Positions 7,434 to 17,009 of a stretch of 64,000 bases of DNA are shown piece by piece (the stretch's first letter is position 1; the number at the start of each line of letters is the position of its first letter). Origin of the DNA: Thermodesulfobacteriota bacterium. GTDB taxonomy: Bacteria; Desulfobacterota; Binatia; Bin18. Both the position numbers and the translations under genes were made by a program. The notes beneath the pieces are model-generated. The model saw nothing but the letters and a program-made list of their open reading frames with translations, was not told the DNA's origin and ran no database searches. Where the stretch lies: NCBI GenBank assembly GCA_964291405.2, contig OZ219926.1:2496001-2560000 (forward strand). The letters run 5' to 3'.

Positions 7434-9809
7434 ATGTTTGACGCGCAATGTTCCACGAATGCCTGCTTTGTTTCTGTCGCCCTTCCACTCCCCATTAGTC
7501 GAAGGAATGAATTGATTTATCGCGTTCCAGACACCCTTCTTTCGAGAGTCCAAGAGGGAGTTCGCGTCGTTGTTCCTGTAAGTAGCCGAAAAATAACAGG
7601 AATTATCGTTGGCCGATCCTCTCATCCTGGTGACATCCATTCTCAAAAGGTAAAGGATATTCTCGATATTATAGATGAAGTCCCTATTTTTACTCAAGGC
7701 ATAAAAAATATTTGGGAATGGCTAGCGCATTATTATTTTTCTTCGCCTGGAACGGCGTTGCAGACTATTCTTCCTCGGACAGTACGTCATCAGAGCACCG
7801 TGTTTGTTACATTGCCAAAAAAGAAAGGGCGCAGAAAAACGGCGGACACAGAGGAAGACGACCGGAGGCAGCAGCTTCTTGTTGGCCGTTTGAAAGGGGA
7901 CGAGAAAGAACTGCTGGCATACGTCACGGAAAAGAAAAGGGTGAGTGTCAAGACCGTGCAGCGGCGCTTCCCTCAGTTATCCATCAGAGACACGCTTCAA
8001 CACCTTGAATCACTAAATCTGATTCGTCTAGCGGAGTCTTTCCCCCGACCTCGGACTATCACTGAAGCCTCTGAATCGATAGCCGAGGTCGGGGCTTACA
8101 CCGAAGAGAGTGCTGATGATTCCGGGGACGATGACGAGCAGGCCCAGTGGGAAACGCTCGCTTTGACATCTGCCCAACAGAACGCGCAAAGCGAGGTGGA
8201 AAATGCCCTAAAAAAGGGAGAATTTCGCGTTTTTCTGCTGCACGGTGTCACCGGAAGCGGGAAAACCGAGATCTATCTCAGGGCAGCTCGCCATGTCGTG
8301 AGTCAAGACAAAAGCGCACTCTTCCTCGTCCCGGAGATCGCCCTAACCCAACAACTCGTCGCTCAGGTCCGACAGCGTTTTGGTAGGAGTGTTGCCGTCC
8401 TCCACAGCGCAATGACCGATAAAGAACGCTGGGACGAGTGGAAGCGGATTGCCCGTCGAGAAGTATCCGTTGTTGTTGGCGCACGCTCGGCGGTCTTCGC
8501 CCCCTTGGTGAATCTAGGCTTGATTATCGTAGATGAGGAACATGAAACGGCATACAAACAGGAAGATGGCATACGCTATAATGCGAGAGATATCGCTATT
8601 GTACGGGGTAAAATGTCGTCCTGTACTGTAATTTTAGGATCTGCGACTCCATCCCTGGAAAGTTATACCCATAGTCAAACGCAGCATTATACGGCCCTGA
8701 CTCTGCCAACTCGTGTGGCCGCGCGTCCATTACCCAAGGTTGAGATTATCGACCTCCGCCGGGAGGCTCGCTCAGGAAAAACCACCCCTATTTTTTCAAC
8801 CCGCCTACAACACGCGCTGCGGGTGAACTATCAAGCCGGCAAGCAAAGTGTCTTATTTCTGAATCGGCGCGGGTATGCGAATTACCTGCAATGTCGCCTG
8901 TGTGGCGAAACGCTCTCGTGCCCGCACTGTAGCGTCAGCCTGACGTTTCATCTCCGGCGAAAGATATTGTGCTGTCATTACTGTGGCTTTACCCGGCGTA
9001 GCATAGAGGTCTGCCCGAGCTGCAAAGAACCTGCGCTCGACGGGAGCGGAATCGGGACAGAGCAGGTCGAGGATGCCCTGAAACATCTGCTGCCTGAGGT
9101 CCGTATTGCCCGGCTGGACCGCGACACCGTGAAGCGTCGCGGAGCGCTTGATCGCGTGCTGCGGGCGTGGCGGGCGCATGAGTTCGACGTGTTAATCGGA
9201 ACGCAAATGGTCGCCAAGGGGCACGATGTCCCGGGCGTGACACTCGTTGGCGTGATTCTGGCCGATGTGACGCTCAACCGGCCGGACTTCCGGGCCGCGG
9301 AACGGACTTTTCAATTACTTACGCAAGTTGCGGGTCGGGCCGGACGTGGGCAAGACCTTGGAACCGTGATTATTCAGACGTATGCCCCGAGGCATTACAG
9401 CATACAATGCGCCGCCCGGCATGACTTCACCGGCTTTGCCGCTCAAGAGCAGCGCTATCGTAAACAGCTTGGCTATCCCCCCTTCACCCGTCTTATTAAT
9501 GTGCGCTTCGAGGGCCGAGACGGACAACAGGTCGAGGCGACGGCTTCCCTCTTTTTACAGAAGGTTGAACAGACCCGACAGGCCGAGGAATTTGCATCTT
9601 CCAGGGCCGCAGGCCTCCAGATACTGGGCCCCGCGCCTGCCCCTATTGAACGCATCAAGGGACGGGAGCGCTGGCAATTGCTGGTCAAGGGTCCCGACCG
9701 TCCACTGCTACACGCCCTCATAGACAAGGCGCACGACGCCTTTGTCCAGGCCAAGCCACCCCGCACCGTGCGAACAATCATTGATGTCGATCCGTATAGC
9801 GTGGTATAG
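7434..9809 (+). CDS. priA: Primosomal protein N' (replication restart helicase)
   Basis: GVTGSGKT, VPEIALT, DEEHE, GSATPSLES, LNRRGY, Cys-rich Zn motifs, GTQMVAKGHD, QVAGRAGR. Confidence 0.97.
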   Translation: MFDAQCSTNACFVSVALPLPISRRNELIYRVPDTLLSRVQEGVRVVVPVSSRKITGIIVGRSSHPGDIHSQKVKDILDIIDEVPIFTQGIKNIWEWLAHYYFSSPGTALQTILPRTVRHQSTVFVTLPKKKGRRKTADTEEDDRRQQLLVGRLKGDEKELLAYVTEKKRVSVKTVQRRFPQLSIRDTLQHLESLNLIRLAESFPRPRTITEASESIAEVGAYTEESADDSGDDDEQAQWETLALTSAQQNAQSEVENALKKGEFRVFLLHGVTGSGKTEIYLRAARHVVSQDKSALFLVPEIALTQQLVAQVRQRFGRSVAVLHSAMTDKERWDEWKRIARREVSVVVGARSAVFAPLVNLGLIIVDEEHETAYKQEDGIRYNARDIAIVRGKMSSCTVILGSATPSLESYTHSQTQHYTALTLPTRVAARPLPKVEIIDLRREARSGKTTPIFSTRLQHALRVNYQAGKQSVLFLNRRGYANYLQCRLCGETLSCPHCSVSLTFHLRRKILCCHYCGFTRRSIEVCPSCKEPALDGSGIGTEQVEDALKHLLPEVRIARLDRDTVKRRGALDRVLRAWRAHEFDVLIGTQMVAKGHDVPGVTLVGVILADVTLNRPDFRAAERTFQLLTQVAGRAGRGQDLGTVIIQTYAPRHYSIQCAARHDFTGFAAQEQRYRKQLGYPPFTRLINVRFEGRDGQQVEATASLFLQKVEQTRQAEEFASSRAAGLQILGPAPAPIERIKGRERWQLLVKGPDRPLLHALIDKAHDAFVQAKPPRTVRTIIDVDPYSVV

Positions 9810-9818
9810 AGAAAAGCC

Positions 9819-10364
9819 ATGATTCGCGAGATTTTAACCTTTCCGGACCCCCGCCTCAAAAAGGCGGCAAGCGAAGTCAAAAACATGGATGGGGGCTTGG
9901 CGACGCTGGTCGAGGATATGGTCCAGACCATGTATGCCGCCCCAGGTATCGGACTGGCGGCGACCCAGGTCGGCTCACAGGACCGCATTGTGGTCCTTGA
10001 TGTCAATCGTGAAGAAAAAGGCAAAGACCTGCTCAAGCTGGTGAACCCCAGAATTACGGCAAGAGAAGGCTCAATCGTCTGGGAAGAAGGGTGTCTCAGT
10101 GTGGTTGACTACACGGCCGAGGTCAAACGGGCCGCCAAGATCGAAGTGAAAGCCTGGACCCTGGACCAACAGGAGATCACTGTGCAGGCCGAAGAACTCT
10201 TGGCCGTCTGCCTCCAGCACGAACTCGACCACCTCTCGGGCAAGCTCTTTATCGATCGGATCAGTCGGCTCAAACGCGAACTCTACGCGCGGCGGGTCAA
10301 AAAATTGATCCGCGAAGGGCGGCCGCTCGAACGGAGCAAAAATCCGGAGTCTGCCGGAATCTGA
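9819..10364 (+). CDS. def: Peptide deformylase
   Basis: GIGLAATQVG, EGCLSV, QHELDHL. Confidence 0.97.
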   Translation: MIREILTFPDPRLKKAASEVKNMDGGLATLVEDMVQTMYAAPGIGLAATQVGSQDRIVVLDVNREEKGKDLLKLVNPRITAREGSIVWEEGCLSVVDYTAEVKRAAKIEVKAWTLDQQEITVQAEELLAVCLQHELDHLSGKLFIDRISRLKRELYARRVKKLIREGRPLERSKNPESAGI

Positions 10365-10425
10365 GTTCCCTTCACCCCTAACCCTTTATTCCCAGTCCCT
10401 CCCGCAAGCGAGGAACCCGTCCACG

Positions 10426-11400
10426 ATGTTCATACCGCTCTCCCCGTCCCTCCCGGCCCGGCCGTTACGGCTGGTCTTCATGGGGACGCCGGAGTTTGCC
10501 GTGCCGGCGCTCCAAGCCCTGCTTGAGAGCGAGGACACCGTGGTCGGGGTGATGTGTCAGCCGGACAAACCGGCCGGAAGACGGCTGGACCTGCACGCGC
10601 CACCCGTCAAGGACTGTGCCCACACCCATGCCGTGCCGGTCTTTCAGCCGCAAAAGATTCGCACGCCCGAGGCACTGGAACATCTCCACGGCTGGCGGCC
10701 CGACCTCATTGTTGTTGCCGCCTACGGCAAGATCCTGCCCAAGACGATTCTGGATCTGCCGGCCTTTGGCTGCATTAACATTCATGCCTCACTCCTCCCC
10801 AAATATCGTGGCGCCGCGCCCATGCAGTGGGCCATTGCCCAAGGCGAAACGCACTCGGGCGTCACCGTTATGCGGGTGAGCGAGGAGTTGGACGCCGGTG
10901 ATATTCTGCTTCAGAAGTCAGTCGCCCTGAAACCGGACGAAACGGGCGGCAGCCTCCACGACACCCTTGCGGTGCTTGGTGCACAGGCGCTGCTGGAAGC
11001 AATGACTCTGTTCAAACAGGGGAAACTCGTTGCAACGCCCCAAGATAAAGCGGCCGTTACCTACGCTCCGTTACTAAAAAAAGAGGACGGAGAGATCGAC
11101 TGGACCCATAGCGCGGTTAGCATCGAACGCCGCATTCGTGCCTTTCATCCCTGGCCGTCCTCCTTCACCTGGTTGGGAAACAAACGGCTGAAAATCCTGG
11201 CCGCGCGTCTGAGCACGGTCGAGGCTTCCGCCGCTCCCGGCACCATCCTCAACCGGCAAGACAAAGCGCTCACCGTTGCCACCGGCCAAGGCAGCCTCAC
11301 CCTTGACACCGTGCAACTCGAAGGCAAAAAGGCTATGCCCATAGCCGCCTTCCTCGCTGGCCACGACCTCAAGCCCGGCGACCGCCTCGGCCGTCGTTGA
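10426..11400 (+). CDS. fmt: Methionyl-tRNA formyltransferase
   Basis: FMGTPEFA, VVAAYGKIL, INIHASLLPKYRGAAP, LDAGDI. Confidence 0.97.
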   Translation: MFIPLSPSLPARPLRLVFMGTPEFAVPALQALLESEDTVVGVMCQPDKPAGRRLDLHAPPVKDCAHTHAVPVFQPQKIRTPEALEHLHGWRPDLIVVAAYGKILPKTILDLPAFGCINIHASLLPKYRGAAPMQWAIAQGETHSGVTVMRVSEELDAGDILLQKSVALKPDETGGSLHDTLAVLGAQALLEAMTLFKQGKLVATPQDKAAVTYAPLLKKEDGEIDWTHSAVSIERRIRAFHPWPSSFTWLGNKRLKILAARLSTVEASAAPGTILNRQDKALTVATGQGSLTLDTVQLEGKKAMPIAAFLAGHDLKPGDRLGRR

Positions 11401-11485
11401 TGGCCTGTTGCCTGTCTCAGAAAATTACGGCCAGCCTTGAGAGACTGCCCGAAGAGAAAGGCGTCCACTCTGTCACACATCAATA

Positions 11486-11524
11486 CATCAGAGGATTGAC
11501 ATCTGATGCGCTCTCTACGATCAT
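11486..11524 (+). promoter_or_regulatory. Putative autoregulated TA promoter: TTGACA (11496-11501) flanked by the inverted repeat CATCAGA/TCTGATG
   Basis: -35 consensus inside a palindromic operator; a -10-like GATCAT 17 nt downstream would put the TSS near the GTG at 11531 (leaderless). Confidence 0.5.
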
Positions 11525-11530
11525 CACGTT

Positions 11531-11761
11531 GTGAGAACGACCTTGGATATTGAAGCCCCCATCCTTCACGATCTGAAACGGCTCAAAGCGCGAGAGGGAA
11601 AGTCGCTGGGCCGACTCGTCTCTGACCTGTTGGCGCAAGCCTTAAACGCCCGTGCAGCGGTCAGCGCAGACACCCCTCGGCCCGTGTGGATCGTAAAACC
11701 GATGCGCGCCCGAATCGATCTCGCCGATAAAGAAGCCGTGCATCGTGCTTCGGACCAATAA
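11531..11761 (+). CDS. VapB-like ribbon-helix-helix antitoxin
   Basis: MRTTLDIEAPILHDLKRL...GKSLGRLVSDLLAQAL...MRARIDLADKEAV. Confidence 0.8.
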   Translation: MRTTLDIEAPILHDLKRLKAREGKSLGRLVSDLLAQALNARAAVSADTPRPVWIVKPMRARIDLADKEAVHRASDQ

Positions 11762-11766
11762 GCCAT

Positions 11767-11826
11767 ACCCATGACCGAGACTTTCGGAAATTCGATTTCC
11801 TCGAAGTCGTAGATCCGCTCGTGTGA
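11767..11826 (+). pseudogene. C-terminal remnant of a VapC (PIN) toxin
   Basis: THDRDFRKFDFLEVVDPLV* is a typical VapC C-terminus directly after the antitoxin; the rest of the gene is absent. Confidence 0.75.
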
Positions 11827-11905
11827 TATATTCCTTGGGCGTCGCTATTCCCGTCACGTCAAAGGGAGGATTAGGGGGGCGTTTCTCCCCAGCCACCCGA
11901 CAAGA

Positions 11906-11989
11906 CAAGGCAACCTCACCCTTGACCGCGTACAGCTCGAAGGCAAAAAAGCTATGCCCATCGCTGCTTTCCTCGCCGGGCACGACTTC
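11906..11989 (+). repeat. Diverged duplicate of the fmt 3' end (11287-11370)
   Basis: 72/84 identical by manual alignment; encodes QGNLTLDRVQLEGKKAMPIAAFLAGHDF. Confidence 0.9.
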
Positions 11990-12037
11990 TGCGGGCGAGG
12001 TGGTAGAGGGTGGAAACGCCGCCACGGGCATGCTGCT

Positions 12038-12976
12038 TCATGCTACGGCTCCTTCGCTTTTTCCGAGCAGCAGATAGCGCTCTTCGAATTTCGAGAGCCA
12101 GTCTCCCGTCAGTGGTCCCCATTTCGACACTACATCGTCCAGCTTGTGCGAAGAGAACGTTGTTTCGTCGTGCAAAAGGGCACGGTACTCGTCGATTATA
12201 CGGCAGCAACGCTTGTCGTCTGGATGGTATACGACTGCCAACCGGCCTTCTGTGTACTTCGAGCTGCCATGCTGAAGCAGAGCCCACGCGAGCAGATGGT
12301 CGCGCCAAAGCTGGTTGTGCGTTTTTCTGGAAACTTTGTCGTGCGCTTCTGATTTCCAGGGACTGTCCGGCGTCATCCACTGTCGATACGCCGGAGTGTC
12401 ATACTCTTTCTGAGAGAACGGCTCGGTCAGCTTAGTCTCGATTCCGACGAACCCAAACTTCCGGTCCTCTTTTTCGTACTCAATAAACGCATCGAACGCT
12501 GTGCGATCATCCAGATACTCGCCGGCAGGCTCTGGAGCCCACTCGAAGTGTACACTCGTCACTTGAGCGATGTGCTCCCCCCACAGGGCACGTGCCAGCC
12601 TAGTCGCGAGCTTCTGGTTGAGGGCGAGCTCGCCAAATAGGTTGAAGCACATTGGCTGACTCGACAGCATATTGCGCAGGAGCCGAAACTTTTCCACCAT
12701 TCCGCCCCCTTTGGCAATCCGTCGCTCTGCCAGCTCGAAAATCCCATGCGTCAAGAAATTGTGCCCGTCCTTTGCTGACGCCTCGGTCAGCATGTTCCCA
12801 TATAGAGATGTGTCTGATTCTTCGGGTCCGGTCCCGTATCGAACCTTGAGGACGTGAGCCCGGTACCAACTCTGATGCAGCCTCATCCTTCGTGTGAAGC
12901 TATCGTCGTTCGGCGATTGCGGACCCAACTCTCCACTACCGTCATTCGATCCTTTGGTGCCTTGTACAATACCCAA
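12038..12976 (-). CDS. PD-(D/E)XK putative restriction endonuclease, PGN_0703-like
   Basis: NMLSSQPMCFNLFG, DRTAFDA, GIETKLTE, NQLWRDHLL. Confidence 0.7.
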   Translation of the reverse strand: MGIVQGTKGSNDGSGELGPQSPNDDSFTRRMRLHQSWYRAHVLKVRYGTGPEESDTSLYGNMLTEASAKDGHNFLTHGIFELAERRIAKGGGMVEKFRLLRNMLSSQPMCFNLFGELALNQKLATRLARALWGEHIAQVTSVHFEWAPEPAGEYLDDRTAFDAFIEYEKEDRKFGFVGIETKLTEPFSQKEYDTPAYRQWMTPDSPWKSEAHDKVSRKTHNQLWRDHLLAWALLQHGSSKYTEGRLAVVYHPDDKRCCRIIDEYRALLHDETTFSSHKLDDVVSKWGPLTGDWLSKFEERYLLLGKSEGAVA

Positions 12977-12997
12977 ATCCGTTACCTCCCCAACTTT

Positions 12998-13156
12998 TTA
13001 ATAATCCGCAATTGCTGCGGCAGCGGCTTTCCGCCGCCGGTGGTCCGAGAACTTCTCCCCACCTTCCTTATCGGTGGGGAACCCATTGATCTTCCAATGT
13101 TTGCACATTTTGCAGTGCGAACGTCGGGAAATCGGTCGTTTTTTCTTGTAATTCAT
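12998..13156 (-). CDS. Small basic CxxC peptide, 52 aa
   Basis: MNYKKKRPISRRSHCKMCKHWKINGFPTDKEGGEKFSDHRRRKAAAAAIADY*; strong GGAGGGGGAG RBS; co-oriented with flanking genes. Confidence 0.6.
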   Translation of the reverse strand: MNYKKKRPISRRSHCKMCKHWKINGFPTDKEGGEKFSDHRRRKAAAAAIADY

Positions 13157-13178
13157 CTTACTCCCCCTCCCTTGGGCA

Positions 13179-13496
13179 CTACGCCTCTTTCCCCATCGCG
13201 GTCCCGGTGTCGATTTCCCCGTGCAAGTTATCCTCCGTTACCCCAGCCAAAAGATAGAGGTCACGAGCGATCTGCTTCCGAAGGTCGCTGAGTTCTTGTC
13301 TCACAGCGGCGGCAGACTGAGACAGTTTCCCCTCTCGTGCCAAGCGAGCACGGTAGTCTTGGGAAACTTGTTCCAGTATTTCTCGGGTGCTTGCATGGCT
13401 ATCCAGCCCTTCAACAATTAAGCTGTCCAGGAGGTCTTCCATCGGTCGGTGTTCCATACGCGCGGCTTGTACTGACAGGGAGGCATGGGAGTTCAT
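13179..13496 (-). CDS. Hypothetical antitoxin-like protein fused to a copy of the MazE C-terminus
   Basis: Last 23 aa (LAGVTEDNLHGEIDTGTAMGKEA) match the MazE tail at 14559-14633. Confidence 0.55.
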   Translation of the reverse strand: MNSHASLSVQAARMEHRPMEDLLDSLIVEGLDSHASTREILEQVSQDYRARLAREGKLSQSAAAVRQELSDLRKQIARDLYLLAGVTEDNLHGEIDTGTAMGKEA

Positions 13497-13525
13497 TAGG
13501 TTCGTCTCTACTCGGCGTAATTAGA

Positions 13526-14197
13526 CTAGCTTTTAATATGCAACAAAAGAACAAAACATTTGTATGGAAAGTACAACCACCATATGGACACGAACAAACT
13601 CAGAAGATTAAAAGAGTCGATAAGCGACAAAAAAGCTTCCCATGAGGGTAGTGTAGACACAAGCGTAAATATCACTGGCAGTCCAAAGAAGACTATCCAG
13701 AAAAACTGGACGTACTTAGGACTCTTCAGGTGGTCAATATTCGCTACATCCTGGTTGGTTTCTGAGTGAAAAATATCTATCCATCTCACACCTAGTTCTC
13801 GCGCCGCTCCTTCAGCGATGCGTTCTTTTATAACTGCACCTAATCCCAAAATTTCGTAATGCTCACGTATATAGAACAGCAGTGCCAGAGAACTGCTGAT
13901 CCAGATCCCTATTACCCAATACGAGACAGTGGGATTGGTGAACGGGGTAGCGAGGGAAATTGCTTTGTCTTGCTTGACGATATTGGAAGCCTCGATGATT
14001 TTCCACGGAGTAATGTGATTGAGGGGACTAAGCTGATCGTCGGCACCTAAATTCGCTTCCTTGAACGTTAGGGCCAGGACGGTTAGGAAACCAACTAATA
14101 CGAAGCGTTGTAGGGTCGAACGCCTTCTGATTTCCTCCTTGAGCGAAGAAAAATCGGCTAACAGGCAGTCGAGATATTTTTTTCCTTCGTCTTCCAT
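13526..14197 (-). CDS. Hypothetical multi-pass membrane protein (AT-rich)
   Basis: Several TM segments; GAGG RBS right after mazF; visibly lower GC than the core genes. Confidence 0.6.
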   Translation of the reverse strand: MEDEGKKYLDCLLADFSSLKEEIRRRSTLQRFVLVGFLTVLALTFKEANLGADDQLSPLNHITPWKIIEASNIVKQDKAISLATPFTNPTVSYWVIGIWISSSLALLFYIREHYEILGLGAVIKERIAEGAARELGVRWIDIFHSETNQDVANIDHLKSPKYVQFFWIVFFGLPVIFTLVSTLPSWEAFLSLIDSFNLLSLFVSIWWLYFPYKCFVLLLHIKS

Positions 14198-14203
14198 GAT
14201 GCC

Positions 14204-14565
14204 TCATACACCTCCGTCTTCCCACACCAAGAGCGTGTTGGCTTTCCGCAAAACCGAGTCTATAGTCGCCACGGGTAAAGGGCATATCAACGCCACATTT
14301 CTTGCCCGCCAATCCAGGCTTTTAACTTGGTCTGATAAAACAACGCCGCTTACCTTTAACCCGGCAGGAAGGGCGACCTCGAAAGGGTAGCCCTTCATCT
14401 GATTGGTGATTGGACAGAAGATCGCCAGTCCGGTCTTGGCGTTATACCCTCAGGTGAGAGTACGACCGCGGGGCGGTGTCCGGCTTGCTCGTGGCCTGCC
14501 TGGGGGTTGAAGTTCAACCATACGGCATCTCCGCGTTTTGGGATATATCTGACCGACCTTACCAT
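14204..14565 (-). pseudogene. mazF: MazF/PemK endoribonuclease toxin, frameshifted
   Basis: MVRSVRYIPKRGDAVWLNFNPQAGHEQAGHRPAVVLSPE then YNAKTGLAIFCPITNQMKGYPFEV in another frame; 362 nt, one base missing at the run 14447-14449. Confidence 0.88.
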
Positions 14566-14801
14566 GTCTCTTTACCTACTGCGGCACCGGTGTCGATTTC
14601 CCCGTGCAAGTTATCCTCCGTCACCCCGGCTAAGAGGTCGGCAAGCTTCAAATCGGGGTGTTTTACCGGGGTTATGACCAACTCCGTGCCACGCAGTGAG
14701 AATTTGACAGACGAGTGATTTGCCAGCCCGAGTTGGGCCGCTATGGGCTTAGGAATGCGCACGGCCAAGCTATTGCCCCATTTCTGTACGCGAGTCTCCA
14801 T
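14559..14801 (-). CDS. mazE: MazE (AbrB-family) antitoxin
   Basis: VQKWGNSLAVRIPK...LADLLAGVTEDNLHGEIDTG. Confidence 0.93.
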   Translation of the reverse strand: METRVQKWGNSLAVRIPKPIAAQLGLANHSSVKFSLRGTELVITPVKHPDLKLADLLAGVTEDNLHGEIDTGAAVGKETW

Positions 14802-14836
14802 ATCTGTAATTCCTCCTTCTTAGCGTAGAGACAATG

Positions 14837-14865
14837 AAGATACTAAGGGTATCGAAAACCGTCAA
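14837..14865 (-). promoter_or_regulatory. Sigma70-type promoter of mazEF with a palindromic operator
   Basis: TTGACG-17nt-TATCTT on the minus strand; GATAC-CCTTA-GTATC palindrome overlaps the -10. Confidence 0.55.
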
Positions 14866-14934
14866 GATGAATTGTTTCCACTGTTGACGGGCAGGCAGAG
14901 GATGTGAAAGACAAAAGCCGGAAGGAGAGCGACT

Positions 14935-15888
14935 ATGGCAAAACAATTCTCGATGGACGATGTCAAGGCACTGGCCGAGAAATACAAGAATTGGGGCAAA
15001 TGGGGACCCGACGATCAGATTGGTACCCTGAATTATATTACCCCGCAGAAACTCGTCGACGCCTCCCAGTTGGTCAAGCAGGGCAAGGTGATTTCCCTTG
15101 CCATCCCGTTTGATGACAAGGGTCCTCAGACCGGCTCGTTCGGACGCTTTAACCCGATCCACTTCATGCTCCAAGATGGGGGTGATATCAGCGTCGGCGC
15201 GCAGGACCATATCCCCAATCTTCAATACACGGACGACGCCGTGACCATGCCGCTCCAGTGCGCCACACAGTGGGACGCGCTGGCCCACATCCTGTACCAG
15301 GGCAAAATGTATAACGGCTATGCAGCCAGTGAAATCAACAGCACCGGCGCAAAGAAAAATGGCATGGAAAACGCGAAAGATAAAATCGCCACGCGCGGCG
15401 TGCTGCTCGATATTCCGCGCTACAAAGGAAAGCAGTGGCTCGACCCAGGCGAGGCTATTTATCCCGCGGACCTCGATGGGGCTGCGGAGATGGGCAAGGT
15501 CAGCGTGGGAACGGGTGATATTGTCCTGATTCGGACCGGCCAAATCGGTCAGGTTCGAGCCGAAGGTAGCTGGGGTGAATACAGCGGTGGCTCAGCCCCA
15601 GGACTCGGCGTGGATTGCGCCGCCTGGATTTGTGAAAAAGAAATTGCCGGCTATGCCACGGACACCTGGGGAACAGAGGTGATTCCCAATGAAACATCGG
15701 AAATCTTTCAGCCTCTACATATGATTCTCATTGTCCATGCCGGTGTGCTGGTCGGTGAGATCTTCGATCTGGAAGGGCTGGCCGATGATTGCGCCAACGA
15801 CGGCGTCTACGAGTGTATGTTTGTGGCTCCACCGCTGCCGATTACCGGTGCCGTCGGCTCGCCGATCAATCCGCAGGCCATAAAATAG
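14935..15888 (+). CDS. Cyclase-family metal-dependent hydrolase (KynB-like fold)
   Basis: NWGKWGPDDQIGTLN, TQWDALAH, RGVLLDI, GDIVLIRTG, GAVGSPINP. Confidence 0.88.
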   Translation: MAKQFSMDDVKALAEKYKNWGKWGPDDQIGTLNYITPQKLVDASQLVKQGKVISLAIPFDDKGPQTGSFGRFNPIHFMLQDGGDISVGAQDHIPNLQYTDDAVTMPLQCATQWDALAHILYQGKMYNGYAASEINSTGAKKNGMENAKDKIATRGVLLDIPRYKGKQWLDPGEAIYPADLDGAAEMGKVSVGTGDIVLIRTGQIGQVRAEGSWGEYSGGSAPGLGVDCAAWICEKEIAGYATDTWGTEVIPNETSEIFQPLHMILIVHAGVLVGEIFDLEGLADDCANDGVYECMFVAPPLPITGAVGSPINPQAIK

Positions 15889-15909
15889 GAATCAACCTGG
15901 AGAATTGTT

Positions 15910-16995
15910 ATGCCAGAAGTGGCTGATTTACACTCCCATCGTATCCAGGCCCAAGATGACCCGGTTGAACTGCTCTACGAGCGTGGGGTCACCGATGGCC
16001 TGCCCGTCGTACCGCCGACAGAAGAGCGTGTCACGCGGATGCTGGCGGCAACGAACCGCGACCCCCAGGAAATCATTGGCGAAATCGGCCCGAACTACGG
16101 CCGGGCCAGCGTCGAGAAGATTGCGATTAATGCGGTCATGGCCGGCTGCCACCCTTCGTATTTCCCGGTGGTGTTGGCCGGGGTTGAGGCCATGTGCGAA
16201 GAGCAGTTCTGCATCCACGGCATCAACGTCACGACCTTCTCGGCCACGCCCATGGCCATTATCAACGGACCCATTCGCCATGAGATCGGCGTCAACTGCG
16301 GCCATAACGCCCTTGGCCACGGCTTCCGGGCCAACGCCACCATAGGCCGGGCGCTGCGGCTGATTATCATCAATATCGGTGGGGCCAAGCCGCACGAGAT
16401 TACCAAGGCGACCATGGGCCATCCGGCACAGTACACATTTTGCGTGGGAGAGAATGAAGAAGACAGCCCGTGGGAGCCCCTCCACGTGGAAAAAGGTTAT
16501 ACCGCCGACCAAAATACGATTACCCTCTTTGGCGGTCACTCACCCATGCAGATCAACGACCACGCCAGCCGCAGCGCGGAACAATTGGCTCTGTCACTCG
16601 GCTGGACCATGTCAGCGCTGTGGAACCATAAAAACTACCCGCTGTTCTCCGATAGTGTTTTAGTAGTAGGCCCTGAACACGCCAAAACGTTTGCCCAAGA
16701 CGGCTGGTCCAAGAACGACCTACGTCAATTTCTGTACGAAAATATTCGGCGACCTTTGCGCGAACTCCGTCCGGGTGTCAACGGCGGCGAAGGTGTTGGA
16801 GTCAGCATGCTGCGCACGCCGAAGAAAGACCGCGAGCCCCCAACCGACGATACGCTCTTTCCAAAGTTCCCTAAAGCGGAGAATATTGTTATTATCGTGG
16901 CCGGTGGCACGGCCGGTCGATTTTCCGCCGCGGTCCAGGGTTGGGCCGGGTTTGACGCTGGCAGCCGGATTACAACTAAAGAGATAAAAGAATAA
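15910..16995 (+). CDS. Conserved protein of unknown function (TDGLPVVPPT family), usual partner of UGSC selenoproteins
   Basis: TDGLPVVPPT, INAVMAGC, RANATIGRALRL, ENEEDSPW motifs. Confidence 0.8.
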   Translation: MPEVADLHSHRIQAQDDPVELLYERGVTDGLPVVPPTEERVTRMLAATNRDPQEIIGEIGPNYGRASVEKIAINAVMAGCHPSYFPVVLAGVEAMCEEQFCIHGINVTTFSATPMAIINGPIRHEIGVNCGHNALGHGFRANATIGRALRLIIINIGGAKPHEITKATMGHPAQYTFCVGENEEDSPWEPLHVEKGYTADQNTITLFGGHSPMQINDHASRSAEQLALSLGWTMSALWNHKNYPLFSDSVLVVGPEHAKTFAQDGWSKNDLRQFLYENIRRPLRELRPGVNGGEGVGVSMLRTPKKDREPPTDDTLFPKFPKAENIVIIVAGGTAGRFSAAVQGWAGFDAGSRITTKEIKE

Positions 16996-17009
16996 AGAGG
17001 AGGTACGCT

